Shown here: positions 39,879-54,439 of the stretch, piece after piece
Position numbering within the stretch: the first letter of the stretch is position 1
Layout: every line of letters begins with the position of its first letter
Assembly (NCBI GenBank): GCA_965153285.1
Contig: OZ229111.1
Reading direction: 5' to 3' (one strand)
Length of the DNA stretch: 64,000 nucleotides
DNA from: Podarcis tiliguerta
Taxonomy: Eukaryota
The notes under the pieces: generated by a model
Seen by the model: the letters and a program-made list of their open reading frames with translations, nothing else
Databases searched by the model: none
What the model was told of the DNA's origin: nothing
Position numbers and translations under genes: made by a program

Positions 39879-41409
39879 GGTCAGTGTTGGACCAGGACCT
39901 GGGAGAACAGGGTTCAAATCTTCACTCGCCCATGAATCTCACTGGGTGACCCTGGGTCAGTTGCTGCCTCTTAACCTAATCTACCTCACAGGATTGTTGA
40001 AGGGCATTAAATGAGGAAGGGAAAAATCATGTATGCCAATTTGAGCTCCTTGGAGATGGGATAGAAATGCAATAAATAAACAACTTTCTTCCCATGAACA
40101 TTAGGCAGGCACCTTTGTTGTATATTTTTCTCTGTCTGCTAATAGCCTGTAATTTTAACATGCAGCTTTTGCATGTAATTTTATTAAAATGGTTGATTTT
40201 ATCTATATTTTGATAAAAAAGTCAACTTGTTTGCTTTTATTGGCTTTTTAAAATGATTTTTTTGGTAAGCTGCTTAGTGATTTTCTGCCAAGTGAATAAT
40301 ACATACATTTTGATAACTACATAAAGGTAAAATAGGAATCCCCCCATCTCAAATTAGAAACCTCCCCACTCTCAGATGCAGCTTTGAAGAAAAAAGAGAG
40401 AAGATATTGGGAGATCTGGTCATGGGGCTTCCAAGTCATGCACAGTTTAGCCCCAAGGCATGCCTAGTATGTCCCTCTCCCAGCCACCTGTTACATTCTG
40501 AAGGCTGGATAAGGGTGAGAGGAAAAAATGAGGGAATGCTGATTGCAAGCCCCTTCTGCAACTTGAACTCTGTTATAGAGGGATGTGCATGAGAAAAACT
40601 AATTCAGAGGATTTCTGCAGGGAGTTAGGCACCCCAACTGCTGCCATGCCAAGCACAGCCTGCCAGCCCTTTACACAATCTTCTCTGGAAGTCATGAGGA
40701 CAAGCTCTCTTGTGTGATGGCATCTATTTAGATTAAGATTCACCCTCGTTGTTGCCTCTATAAAAAACCTCTGTAAAGATTTGACCATGTATATCCCACT
40801 TGGAGCCACTCCACACATTACAGCAAAAGGAGGTACACATTAAAGATTTACGGTGTACCTACTTTTAGTCTGATAAAATGCCTTTTACTTTCGACTGCAG
40901 ATACACTGAGGAAATCCAACATTTTGCAGATGATCTTGGTTACCCTCTCCTTCCCCTGACACATATGTCTATGATATACACACATGTTTAGACATGACCT
41001 AACATGCTATGGAATAGAAGTGAGTGTATCAGTATTTCTAAATGTTTTAAAGGGGAGGTACACATTTCTGAGTTAAAATGGGAAGTACACTGACTCATAC
41101 ACTCATATGTTGAATTTTATTATGTGTAAGAGTAAAAACTGCCTGCCTGCCTGCCTGCCAAGGAACCTGCCCTGTTGTGTTCTCTGAGAGTCACTGCTTT
41201 GGCCGGGCTTCCTGACTGGAAGGAGAACAGCTTCCCAGAACAGTGACAAGTGCAGAGATGTAACATGCAGCTTCCACCAAGGACATGTGTTTCTGCTGCA
41301 TCTCTGCACTGAGGAGTGCTTGAATAATCCAATCACACCAGATGGAGAGATGTGGTAGAATTATAGATTCTTAACAGAAGCTGCTTGGAAAGAAGCAACA
41401 CTGTTTGAC

Positions 41410-41586
41410 AGTGCTGTTTGACAGTGGAACGGTCATCTTTGGGAGGTTGTGGACTCTCCCTCCCTGTAAGTTTTTAAGCAGAGGCTGGATGGCCATCTAT
41501 CATGGATGCTCTAGCTGAGATTTCTGTATTGCAGGGGGTTGAACTAGATAACCCTTGGGATCCCTTCCAAATCTATGATTCTATGA
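41410..41586 (+). mobile_element. CR1 LINE 3' end fragment (related degraded fragments at about 120-250 on + and about 16445-16500 on -)
   Basis: gctgtttgacagtggaac...ttttaagcagaggctggatggccat...cccttccaaatctatgattctatga, the CR1 hairpin plus ATTCTRTG tail. Confidence 0.8.
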
Positions 41587-42315
41587 ACACCTGAGTAATG
41601 AAGGATGGAGGGCTGAAGTGGGTAGCCTCCTCTGTTGTGGGCAGGAACTTTGGGCTCACAGTAAGAAACTGAATCATTTCATTTCTGGAAGCATATCAGT
41701 GATTCTCTTTTGGCACACTAGAATGCTCTGGCCCACTGGTTTGGAAACGATTGTAGTAGTTACTAATTCTTTTAATTTGTGCATCCACACTGTAAAGTGC
41801 AAAGTGGCCCTTCGTACTCTATTGTTTCAGGTGGTGGCAAATGCCATAACGAAAGGATCCAGCATTTATAACTTATTACAAAGATTATGGGTTAATGCTG
41901 GTGTAAAGAATACAATGGAGTGACTTTGGCATCTTTAAATCTGTAACTATCTAATTTGAGAAATTCCCAATAAATACCAGTGTCAAGGCCTTAGAAGAAG
42001 CCTACACCTTTTGCTGAGCAACAGCAAGGATTGTCACAAATATACATATTTTACTGAAGAGTTATTGAAAATGTGGGAGCGGCTGTTATGCACTTTTGAG
42101 AATCTGTTCTTGAAGAAGAAAGGGAACACTGCACTATGTTCATTGGCAGCCAACAAATAATGTTTACTTGGGCCTTGTATTGCCATTCTCTGGATTCTCC
42201 AGCCCCTATCCTAGTTAAGGATGCAGTTCAATGGGATGAAAACCTCATGTTTCAGTTCTTGCTTCCCACTCCCTGCAGAATGCCTCCCACCCCCAGAATG
42301 CCATCCCCACCATCA

Positions 42316-42411
<96 letters not shown>

Positions 42412-44364
42412 CTATAAAGAAAGAACAAAACAAAGGACGAAAAGGAACAGCCACACAGCAGCAAACAGGTGACAACATTCAATCACGACGGAAGCAACAG
42501 CAACGAGAACAGAGAAATATCCACCTTTTCTATTCCCCCACCCTTCTGCCCCAGTCAGGTCCTGATTACCTTTTGGGTGCATTCCAGCTCTTGTGATGGG
42601 GATTGCAAAACTAAACTAGCTAGGGGGCTTTTCTTTATGCATTTTGCCTCCTGAAATGGGGATAAAGTGGCAGGTCTTGTCGCCTTATGTCAGTGAAAAC
42701 AGCTGAGCTCAAATTTTCAGAGGTCCATGGGATTTGTTTCCACTGGCCAGAAACAGACCTCAGTGAGTGAGAGTAGGATGAGAGGGAAGGGTTGTTTTCT
42801 TTCAATATGCTCCCTGTGAACGCTTAAGGCAATGCAACTGCCCAGTGAGACCAAGGGCTGTGACACTCTCAAGCAAGGAGCAAGCAGTTGTACATCTTTC
42901 CCCTTCCTCAATTATTTGCATGGACAATCACAAGAACATCTATAAAAGTAAATACAACACACACAAGCCTAATAATAAGACTACACCTGGGGACTATTCC
43001 ATTTTTCAGCTCGGCTTCTCTAAGGAGAGAATGCCAGTTGTCTCCAAAGTCTAACTAAGTAATGGCAGAGCTATTACTAAGCAAAATAATTCAGCTCATC
43101 AATCACAGTGAATATCAAATAGTGTGGTTCAGGGTCAGGAATGAGTAAGTTCTTGAAAGAGTCCTTGCCAGCAATTTGGTCTAAATTGTTTTAATATTGT
43201 ATTTTTATATTGTTGTAACTTGCCCTGGGACCTTGTGGTGATGGGTGGGTAAAATTGAATTAAATTAAAATTAAGATTATTATTTTTGGAGGGTCACTTT
43301 AAGATGAGTAGAGAAGTTGGGAGTGGCAGCTATCCATGGACCCTAAGCCCAACACCTCAAAATGTTCTGCTACCCATTGCTATCTGCTACCATTCTATTG
43401 CTATAGACACTGGTCATTTAAACTCTTGTGTTTCCTCTGAGTTTAGCAACCAGGGATGCAGGCAGAGAGATTGCATGGCTTAGCAGATTGTATTTGGCCC
43501 AAGTGTTGTCAGGTGCTGGCTTCTATGTTAGAAGAAAGCCTTCAGTGATCAGATTTCCTAAAGCTGCTATTGTCACAATATTGCTTGTAACAATAAAACT
43601 TATTATTCACACGAACCTATGGTGTTTCTGTTTCCCTTTTAAGAACGCTTAGAGTCCAACTTAGTTTCTGCTCTCAAGTTTGGCTGCTGAACATTAAAGT
43701 TTTCAAATGAGAGGTGAGATGTTTAGTTGGACCCCTTGGAATGGAACATTCATGTTGCAGAAGAAGCTAACAACTAACTGACCTTTGTATAGATTTATTG
43801 CTTTCTCACTCTCCTAGGAGGCCCCCTCTTTCTTTCTCTGACTACAACATTCAAGCCTGGACACTGCCCAAAAATACTCTTCTCTAAATCATGGGCGTAG
43901 CAAAAGTCAGAGTTTAACTAGAGTTGAATGTGAAGAATAAGTAGCTTCCTGTACAGGAAGCCAAGAGTCCTAGCATGAGCAGCCCTGTTGCAAGAGAAGC
44001 TAAGGTCTAAATTTGGTGATTTTTTTCAGACTCCTTTGTAAATGAGTCCATTTATATCCATGGCCTCCAGCAGAAGTACAGTTTGCTTCTGGAGGAGTGA
44101 GATGTTGTTACTTCCCATGCTTCCATAAGCAGTGTGATCTCTGAGGGCCCTGTGAGCTCATGTAGAGGGACAGATGGGCAGGGTATAAATAATAAATTAT
44201 TATTATTATTATCAAATAAATAAAATTTTTCTTTAAAAACAACAACTAACCAAGGTGCAATATATGCCTTCCTGTTTCATGAGGAAGGGGGTCATGTTCC
44301 TTCCACTCTGTAGTGGAGGCCTTCATGATTATTTCTCATGAAGTTTAGCAAGAGTGACACTTAC

Positions 44365-44475
44365 CAACAATCCAAAGGCGATGATTTTCAGAATGCACTC
44401 CAGTGAGAACAGGGAAGTGAAGACAATGTTGAACATCCTTAGTAGATGATCATATACAGGTGTGGCATTGTAGAA
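44365..44475 (-). CDS. CACNA1A: CACNA1A exon 30 (DIV S2: [37 protein letters not shown])
   Basis: caatag|TTC TAC...TTG TTG|gtaagt; 111 nt. Confidence 0.96.
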
Positions 44476-44818
44476 CTATTGAGGGGGTGGGATAGAGAGA
44501 GAAATAGAAAGAGAGAAAGCACAGTCATGAAGATGGAGGTAGGGTTAGGATAGGGAAACTGGGGGAGCTGAAACAATGCTGCACTAGGCCAGGGTAAAAG
44601 TGAGACCCTCCCCAGTTAATACTATAAAAATCCAGATTAGTTGCTACTTCAGTGTCACAGCTATTCAATAGGGGTAATAACAGACCAATGAGGTCAGCTC
44701 AATAGGAGCACAAATGACTCTGAATAACAATGGGTTTGGACAATGTCCACTACGATGGTACTCAGAAATATGTAGCTCAGCTAGCTATACAGTATTCATC
44801 ATACCCCCACGTTAGTCA

Positions 44819-45115
<297 letters not shown>

Positions 45116-46669
45116 TCATAGGAAATGTACGTAGATCAGGGACAGAGGACATGCTTTGCATGCAAAAGGTCCCAGGCCCAATCCTTGGTTTCTCCAGGCA
45201 GGGCTTGGAAAGATTCTTGCCTGAAACCCTGGAATGCAGCGGCAAATCAGCATGAACAGTTCTGAGCTACAAGGATCAATAGTCTGACTTGGCATAAGGC
45301 AGATTCCTATGGTGCTATATTCTTTCCTTCTGACTGGATCACTTTAGAGTCTGCTTTGACCAAAATGTTTGCTCTTCCCTCTAGTCCTTCCTTGTACTGA
45401 CTCAAGACATTGAATGTGGCCTTACTTTAGCACCAGTAGCAAAATGCCTGCTGTATATGACATTAATTTTGAAGGCAAGGTTGTGCACATTGGTATCTTA
45501 AGATGCCAGAAAACATAATGTTGCAAGGTTGAAACATGCATCTATATGTCAAGGAAGATGCAAATACCCAATAAGTGCTTCTAAACCCAAGTCTTACCTA
45601 GGAAGTAGATGAATGTCTGCTTTCCTACATGAAGTTGGTCTAAGACATGAGTCTATGTACACATGCCTTCAAAAAGCAATGTGGTAAATGGCCCTAAGGT
45701 TATTTCACTAAAATAAATGAAGCACAACTAATTATCACCTATGAAGTCTTCCATCTGGCTGTCACCAACTTGGTCCTTCCCATGCTGGCTGGGGCTGATG
45801 GGAGTTGCAATCCAAAACATCTAGAGTGGGCTAGGCTGGTGAAGGGTGCTTTAGTCCCATCCCAGCAGCATGACTTGGAAATCCTAACCTCAATGAGCTA
45901 AATACCATTCAGTTCACCCAACCAGTTCAGTGAGGTCTGCTTTCTACAGGATCCTCAGAGGAATAATTATCTTGCCTTACTTTAAAAATAAAAGAATCCC
46001 TCCCAACTTCACTGGGGCTCTACCGTTGCATCGGTGGAGCATCCGTCATGGTTTCTGGTTGTTTTTTTGGGTGGGGTATGTGGAATATTATGCTCAGTCA
46101 TGGAAAATTGTGACAGAATCAGGCTGAAGATTAGGCACTCCTGCTTTCAGAGGACATCAATATTCCCCCCAGGGCAGCTGCTTGAGGTGGGCTATTACTA
46201 TTTGTAGAAGAAGGAAACAGAAAAAGGATTGTGCGCCACAAAACTAGGAGCAGAATCTTGTTCATGTTGCAAGGAGTGGAGGAAAAAAACAAATGATATC
46301 AACTGAACTTAAACTATCACAAATTCCAGTTCCCTCCAACCTTATAGATGGCAGAAGTAGAGGATACATCAATAAAACTCTAAAGACTTCTAGTACATGG
46401 TGCAGTGTCCCTTATGTGTACTTTTGTATGTGTGTGGTGGCGTTGCTTTTAAATCTCTGTGTTGGGTATTTTTTAAAGGATTTTGATGTTATTGTTAACT
46501 TCTTAGAATTTCTCAAGAGGAGGAGATGGATGCAGTTCAAAATGGGAATGAGCTTCTTGAGTTCTATAACCAATCTGTTTTTGAAATCTGTTGACTTTTT
46601 GTCATTTAAGTTTCACTGCTACTAAACACAGATTCAGTTATCCACTGCCCCCACCCCCACTATTTTTTA

Positions 46670-47197
<528 letters not shown>

Positions 47198-48310
47198 CTA
47201 TTTAAAATCCCAAATCAGCTGTAATCACACCAAAGTGTCTGCAAAGTCTTTTGTAGCTTTTGAGATTCTCATCACACAGTGAGATGAATCTTACTAAGCT
47301 CAAGGTCTCAGATGGCAGCTGGCAAAATTCATAGCAAGTGGGAAAGAGATGGATGGGAAGGCAGCACTTACCTCTTCCTCTTGGGTGCATAGAGGAAGAG
47401 GAAGATGCAGTCATTTGTTCTGGTTCTCTTTCCCATGTGGTTGTCAATGCAAGCACTGGTACTTTTGAAATGGAGACACCTTCTAACAATTCTGTTTTTT
47501 TAATTAACAAAAATTATATTTACAAATCTGTAAGTCAACAAAACAAAACGTTAGACTTTCCAGAACCAGAGATTAGTCTGAAACATAAAACATTACATTC
47601 CAAACATTCTTCTGCAATTTCAAAACCATTTGTCTGTGCATGTATCTCTCAGAAATTCATGAACTCCATTTTGTTTGAAAATAGCTGGTATATGTATGCT
47701 TTGGGCTCTCTCATCTTAACATACTGTATTACCCCTACCATCCATCACAGCAGTTCCCCAGATTGTTTTTAAAAAACAATTTTTATTAAATATTTTCTTA
47801 GTTTACAAAAGTACATGCATTGTCTCTTTTTTCAGGTTCTGTATTCTACAAATCAGTTACATTTGTTGTGAGACATTAGTGTTATATGCAGTAAGTTCCC
47901 CAGTTTGTTAATAGCCAGTTTTTAATCTTAGGGATTGCTGATTCTTTCCATTTTAAAGAAAGACCTGTCTTTGATGTAACTAATACATTGCCACATTTTG
48001 TTCTTTGTAACAATTCTTCTAGGGCACTAGAAGCAACCCCTGCTATTTGCACAATGCTGGATATAGGTGATTTTAAACTCTAGACGTTATCATCTTATGG
48101 AGGGGCAAGGCTTTTAGATGGTAACATGTATTATTTCTCTGATTTTAAAATGTGGTTTAAAATATGCCAACTCTCCTATATTTGGGGCCCCTTCTACTCA
48201 TTCTTCTGAATTGAGCCCTGGACATCTGCCTCCAAATCTCGCACCAATGGCACTGCTATATTAATGTGGGGTGTGGGCACTGGAGGTCTACAGTAAGCTG
48301 ATCACAGTTA

Positions 48311-48775
48311 CCGTATTTTTCGCCCTATAGGACACACTTTTCCCCCTCCAAAAATGAAGGGGAAATGTGTGTGCATCCTATGGGGTGAATGCAGGCTTTC
48401 GCTGAAGCCTGGAGAGCGAGAGGGGTCGGTGTGCACCGACCCCTCTCGCTCTCCAGGCTTCAGGAAGCTATCCGCAAGCCGTGGGAGAGCTGCGCGACTT
48501 GTGGAGAGCTGCCTGCACCCCGAAGCCTGGGGGCGTGCTGAGATCAGCACCCCCCAGGCTTCATACTTCGCGCAGCTCTCTGCAAGCCGTGGGAGGGCTG
48601 CGCAAAGTCGCGCAGCTCTCCCACGGCTTGCGGAGAGCTGCCTGTTCTGGGGGCTGGGGTCAGGGGAAGCTCGGGCTTCCCCCGCCCCAGCCCCGCGCCT
48701 GGGGGGGGAAATAATTTTTTTTTCTTTATTTCCCCCCCAAAAAACTAGGTGCGCCCTATGGGCCGAAAAATACAG
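48311..48775. mobile_element. Tc1/mariner (Tc2/pogo-like) GC-rich MITE with internal palindromes
   Basis: TA|CCGTATTTTTCG...CGAAAAATACAG|TA; 30-bp perfect inverted repeat at 48402-48463. Confidence 0.85.
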
Positions 48776-49337
48776 TATAGGTCACATGAGAAATTGTTTC
48801 ACTGGCAAAGGGGTTATGTATAGGGCATTTTAAAGTGAATTTGATGCAACCTATGTTTTAAAGTTTTTCGTGTTATCTACACATCATCATCCAAATGGCA
48901 GCGCCCCCATTTAATTTGCATTTCCCAATCTATTGATAATGCAGTAATGGAGGTGGGAAATCTGGCATAAAATAGCATGTAACCCACTGAAGTGCATTGT
49001 GTGGCTGGTTTGTTGTTTTTTTAACATGGGTAAAGCTATTTTTCTCAGTGCTATTTATTTCCACATCCCCTATTCCCATTTGCTTGTTGTCTGAGCACAA
49101 TCTAGCTATTTTATTTCAACAGTCCAAAGGAAAGGTAGCATGCCTAACTTCACCAGTTGTTGCTGGAGGCATGTCCAATTTAGTTTAATTTTCTAAAACA
49201 GCTGTTTTGTGTACAACCACTCTTGCACTATTCCACAGACAAAACATTTTTTAAAATAAAGATGGGACATATGCACAGGTAAACAAATAGCTATGTGCAT
49301 GCTCACAATGGACCTTGGGTTTCCAGAAGGTAAAGTT

Positions 49338-49340
<3 letters not shown>

Positions 49341-49386
<46 letters not shown>

Positions 49387-50308
49387 TTATTTATACCCCG
49401 TCCATCTGGCTGAGTTTCCCCAGCCACTCTGGGCGGCTCCCAATCAAGTATTAGAAACAATACAGCGTTAAATATTAAAAACTTCCCTGAACAGGGCTGC
49501 CTTCAGATGTCTTTTAAAGATAGGATAGCTACTTATTTCCTTCACATCTAAAGGGAGGGTGTTCCACAGGGTGGGCGCCACTACCGAGAAGGCCCTCTGT
49601 CTTGTTCCCTGTAACCTTACTTCTCGCAATGAGGGAACCGCCAGAAGGCCCTCGGCGCTGGATCTCAGTGTCCGGGCTGAACGATGGGGGTGGAGACGCT
49701 CCTTCAGGTATACAGGACCGAGGCTGTTTAGGGCTTTAAAGATCGGCACCAACACTTTGAATTGTGCTCGGAAACGTACTGGGAGCCAATGCAGATCTCT
49801 CAGGACCGGTGTTATGTGGTCCCGGCGGCCACTCCCAGGCACCAGTCCAGCTGCCGCATTCTGGATTAATTGCAGTTTCCGGGTCACCTTTAAAGGTAGC
49901 CCCACGTAGAGCGCGTTGCAGTAGTCAAAGTGGGAGATAACTAGAGCATGCACCACTTTGGTGAGACAGTCCGCGGGCAGGTAGGGTCTTAGCCTGCGTA
50001 CCAGGTGGAGCTGGTACACAGCTGCCCTGGACACAGAATTAACCTGAGCCTCCATGGACAGCTGTGAGTCCAAAATGACTCCCAGGCTGCGCACCTGGTC
50101 CTTCAGGGGCACAGTTACCCCATTCAGGACCAGGGAATCTCCCATACCCGCCCGCCCCCTGTCCCCCCAAAACAGTACTTCTGTCTTGTCAGGATTCAAC
50201 CTCAATCTGTTAGCCGCCATCCATCCTCCAACCACCTCCAGGCACTCACACAGGACCTTCACCGCCTTCACTGGTTCTGATTTAAAGGAGAGGTAGAGAT
50301 GGGTGTCA
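49341..50308 (-). mobile_element. 5'-truncated young L2-clade LINE (ORF2 RT C-terminus, 3' UTR, (TTA)n tail)
   Basis: ORF 49468-50325: NRLRLNPDKTEVL...HITPVLRDLHWLPVRFRAQFKVL; trinucleotide tail at 49341-49385. Confidence 0.9.
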
Positions 50309-50621
50309 TAAATCACAAGCCCCAATCTTAATTACATTTGGCCTCATTTTACATTCCTGTGCTTTCAGTGGCTTTTCATCAGCAGAAATAAAGAAACATT
50401 TCATACAAATCCTTCTTCCCAGGATGGTGTTTTTATATGGAAAGGGAAAACTATCGCTGATAAGCCTGGACTTCTATGTGACAAAAGTGTCTTAGTGATG
50501 AAGCTAATCCAAAAGGGCTAGACTAGTTCTGTCTAGGGACCAATCTAGTTTCCAGCAGCGGCCAACCAGATACCCAGCAGCCTAGCATGGTAACCAACAC
50601 TCATTTTCCTGGATCACTTAC

Positions 50622-50759
50622 TCTGGCCAGCCTTCTCCTGTAGATACAGTGAAAAGAGTAAGGAGCGCCCACAACACGTTGTCATAATGGAACTCATATT
50701 TCCTCCATTCTCGTTTCTCAGCCTTCACGTCATCCTTCTCATAGACTAAGTACTCTCCC
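50622..50759 (-). CDS. CACNA1A: CACNA1A exon 27 (DIII pore loop: [45 protein letters not shown])
   Basis: ttcatcag|G GGA GAG...CCA GA|gtaagt; 138 nt; selectivity-filter GEGW. Confidence 0.97.
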
Positions 50760-51472
50760 CTGATGAAGGAGATCAAGAGAAACATTCAGGGACATGCTAC
50801 AACAATGAAGTGGACAATTTAGCAAGGATATGTTATGGTGCAAATGGTTGCTTTGCCAGTGATTGGAGCTTCAGTCTCTGTGTGAATACAAGAAGTGTCT
50901 GAACCTTTTATTCATGTTATCACACAAAAGTTAATCCAGATAGTTAATGATCACACTTTAGCGGGTATAACAGCCTCATTTCAGGGTGCTTAAGTGGAGC
51001 TGATTCACTTAGCTCCAACACAATAGCTCTTAATAGGTCTGATCTATATAAACCACAGTTACTTCATTAACTTGACTGACACTGATGTACACCAGTTTAA
51101 GATTTGGCTGTGTTATTAGTAAGATAATAACTGAGCTATGCTGTGATTTCACTATGGATCTGGGTTATTTGTATTATTATTCTTGATTATATTTACTTAA
51201 TGGTGAGATATAAAATCAGCATAACAAACAATACTAACAAGTACACAGCAAAATATAAAGCAGGAACTACAGCATTAGAATTCATTTGCCTGCACTGATG
51301 TAGCAGGGAACGCAACATGAGAAATGCAACCTGCAAGCTCCAACCTAATTTGGGTTTTGAGTCTATAACTCTAGAGAAGAGACATAAAATTTCTTAGAAA
51401 ATGTTAGAATGGGAATGGTGTCAGGGCCAGGAAGCAGAATGGTGGCAAAATGGATGGAAGCAACATACATAC

Positions 51473-51633
51473 CTGCAATCTTTTGCAAACTCCTTGGACT
51501 CATCAGTGCAGTAGAAGAACTTGCCTTTAAAGAGCTGGACAGCCACCACAGCAAAGATGAACATGAAGAGCATATACACAATGAGAATATTGAGGACATT
51601 TTTGAGTGAGTTCACCACACAGTCAAAGACGGC
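51473..51633 (-). CDS. CACNA1A: CACNA1A exon 26 (DIII S5: [54 protein letters not shown])
   Basis: ttccag|GCC...TGC AG|gtatgt; 161 nt; overlaps ORF 51421-51618. Confidence 0.97.
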
Positions 51634-53188
51634 CTGGAAAGAATACAGGGTTCTGGTAAGGGTTTGCTAGATAACTTATTATAATGTATATCCAGCCAAC
51701 CAAAGAGGCTTAAAGAAAACTCCAAATGAGCTTGCAATAATAATAAAAAAAGGACATACAACACCAAATATAAAATCAAGCTAAATTAACAATTGTATGC
51801 AGCACTAAAATATCAGCACTAAACAAATGAATAAAAACTATTTTAAGAGCTGCAGACCATAAAATTGCAGAACACAGCAATTCAATTTGATGTGAAACAT
51901 TTATTAAAATAAGTAAGTAGAAATATTCAAAAGCCCTTTAAAAACAGATAGAAATCCAGTGGATTCCCACAGAGGATACTCCACTATCTTGCTTCCACCA
52001 CCTCTCTCTCTTGCAGCTGCCTATATGAAAGCAGAGCCTCTCAAGGGCTGAGAAATCACTGTGGGAGCAGGCAACTTCTGAGGAAGCCAAGTCCCAAGCT
52101 GTCTGCATAACCACAGAAGTACCTATTTCTTGAAAATCCTCAGCCCATCCAAAAATAATTTCAAGTTCCTCCAGAACAGAGCAATAACGTGTCCCCACAA
52201 AGAGGATTCCATCTTTTTTGCTACTTATAGATAAAGCTGTGTTAGTCTATTGTAGCAAGAGAGAGTCTAGCTCTCTTATTTATTACCGTACATAAATCTT
52301 CATGGATTAAAGTCCACTTAATCAGATGCATGAAATGTTATCCTCATTTTGCAGAATTATGGTTGGAAATCAGGCACAACTATACTTAGGTATAGATGGA
52401 CCCATTAAAGTCTGGTCCATCCCAGTTCTCACAGGTGATGGGACTAAATTCATCCCATCCCCTTTCCAGGCAGATTTTAAATGGAAAATTATTTAAAATG
52501 CACCTAGAAACACACATGTTAAAGTACTTATAAGGCAGTCTGCTGGTTGCATACTCTCTCCAGTCCCCCCCGCCCCACCCATTTTTCTATTTACAGCTTC
52601 AGGAATAGTGTATGCAACCACGTGGAGCCTAAGCAGCTAGCATGGGGGGCTCCTTGCTTCCAATATGCATAGAGCAAGACTCCCTGGGAGCAACAGTACT
52701 TGATATCATTCTGTCACTCCCAGAGAGAACTGTATGGGGGGAAAATGGCTGTCCCAATGTTTACATGCATTTTAAAGGGAGGGAAGTTCAAAGAGGGGTT
52801 GGAGGCAGCACAGAACCTGCAGATCCCCTCATAATGGAATTCACTGGACTGTGGATTCTGAAGATGATCCAGGTCATGCATGATCTGTCTGGATTGTATA
52901 AGGGCAGGGTGGATTCTTCCTTCATCTCTAACTATGATCCAATTCAAATGACACTGAGAGATGCCTATGGAGAGAAAATACAGAAACCCCTCCCTTTGTT
53001 TCACTAGATCTCATGCATGAAAGGGTCTGAAGGCTGGGTCCAACCTTCTTCTCACTCTAACCACACCCACATTTTCTTTCTTAAACTGTTGATTTACATC
53101 CCCCCAAAACAACAATGATTATCATCATCATTTATTTATATAGTTCCATCAATGTACATGGCTCTGACTCCATCTTTTTCTGCTGCTA

Positions 53189-53356
<168 letters not shown>

Positions 53357-54079
53357 TTACACTGTTCCAGACAGAGGACTGCCAAAGGGAGATATATACT
53401 CAGGCTATCTGCTACCCTTTTTGTCATCCATATTCCTTTCAAGGTTCTGTTGTAACAGTAGCATCTACCTTTTCCAGTTACCACTCCATTCTTTCCATTC
53501 CTTCAGCTGCTTTACCCTTTTTATATGCTTTTGATTCCACCCATCACTTCATCTGTATTGGTACCCTTTCAGCACCTCTCTGTTCACCAGCACCATAGGA
53601 TTTAGATCCCTTGTGAAGAATTCCTCAAGGTGCTAAGAAGTTGGAATGCTCCGTCCCAAAGCATGTGCTCCTCAAAAAAGAAAATAGCATGGTCTAGAAG
53701 TAACATTTTCAAAGGGGGTTCAAGTATTGCTGGATGTATTCTTTACCAGATTCACTTGAGAAAGCATAGAAGGTGCTGTGAGGTGTATTGGAGTGTTACA
53801 AGGCAATGGCACTCATTGATACCAGCTGATACACAGCACTAAAGTATTCAACAGCAGTTTTCAACTCAGTTTCAATTTCCTTTAAAGTTCAAACCTTGCC
53901 AGTCAAGTTATCCTGCCTGTTTTTATGCTACCCTATATGAGTTTCCCCTCATCTCCTGTGCTACTAAAGTTGTCTTCTCCCAGTTTTGTAAAGTGTACAC
54001 ACATACAATGCCAAGAATCATTACAGCCTTACTAAGGTTTACATTTCTCAGATCCTAACTGGCTATGCATTTGTGTGTA

Positions 54080-54439
54080 AAGGTAAAGGTAAAAGGTAAA
54101 GGGACCCCTGACCATTAGGTCCAGTTGTGACCGACTCTGGGATTGCGGCACTCATCTCACTTTATTAGCCGAGGGAGCCGGCGTACAGCTTCTGGGTCAT
54201 GTGGCCAGCATGACTAAGCCACTTCTGGCGAACCAGAGCAGCACATGGAAACACCGTTTACCTTCCCGCTGGAGTGGTACCTATTTATCTACTTGCCCTT
54301 TGACGTGCTTTCGAACTGCTAGGTGGGCAGGAGCAGGGACCGAGCAACAAGAGCTCAGCCAGTTGCGGGGTTTCGAACTGCCGACCTTCTGATTGGCAAG
54401 TCCTATGCTCTGTGGTTTAACCCACAGTGCCACCCGCGC
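54080..54439 (-). mobile_element. Sauria SINE with 8-bp TSD
   Basis: Same tail and core as 10614-10978; TSD TGTGTGTA at 54072-54079 and 54440-54447. Confidence 0.9.

Noticed and set aside
48308-48833. Overlapping GC-rich ORFs on both strands
   Set aside because: An artefact of the palindromic GC-rich MITE; the same peptide appears on both strands.
49468-50325. 285-aa ORF as a nested host gene
   Set aside because: It is the 5'-truncated C-terminus of an L2 reverse transcriptase with a 3' UTR and (TTA)n tail; a second copy is at 13.3 kb.
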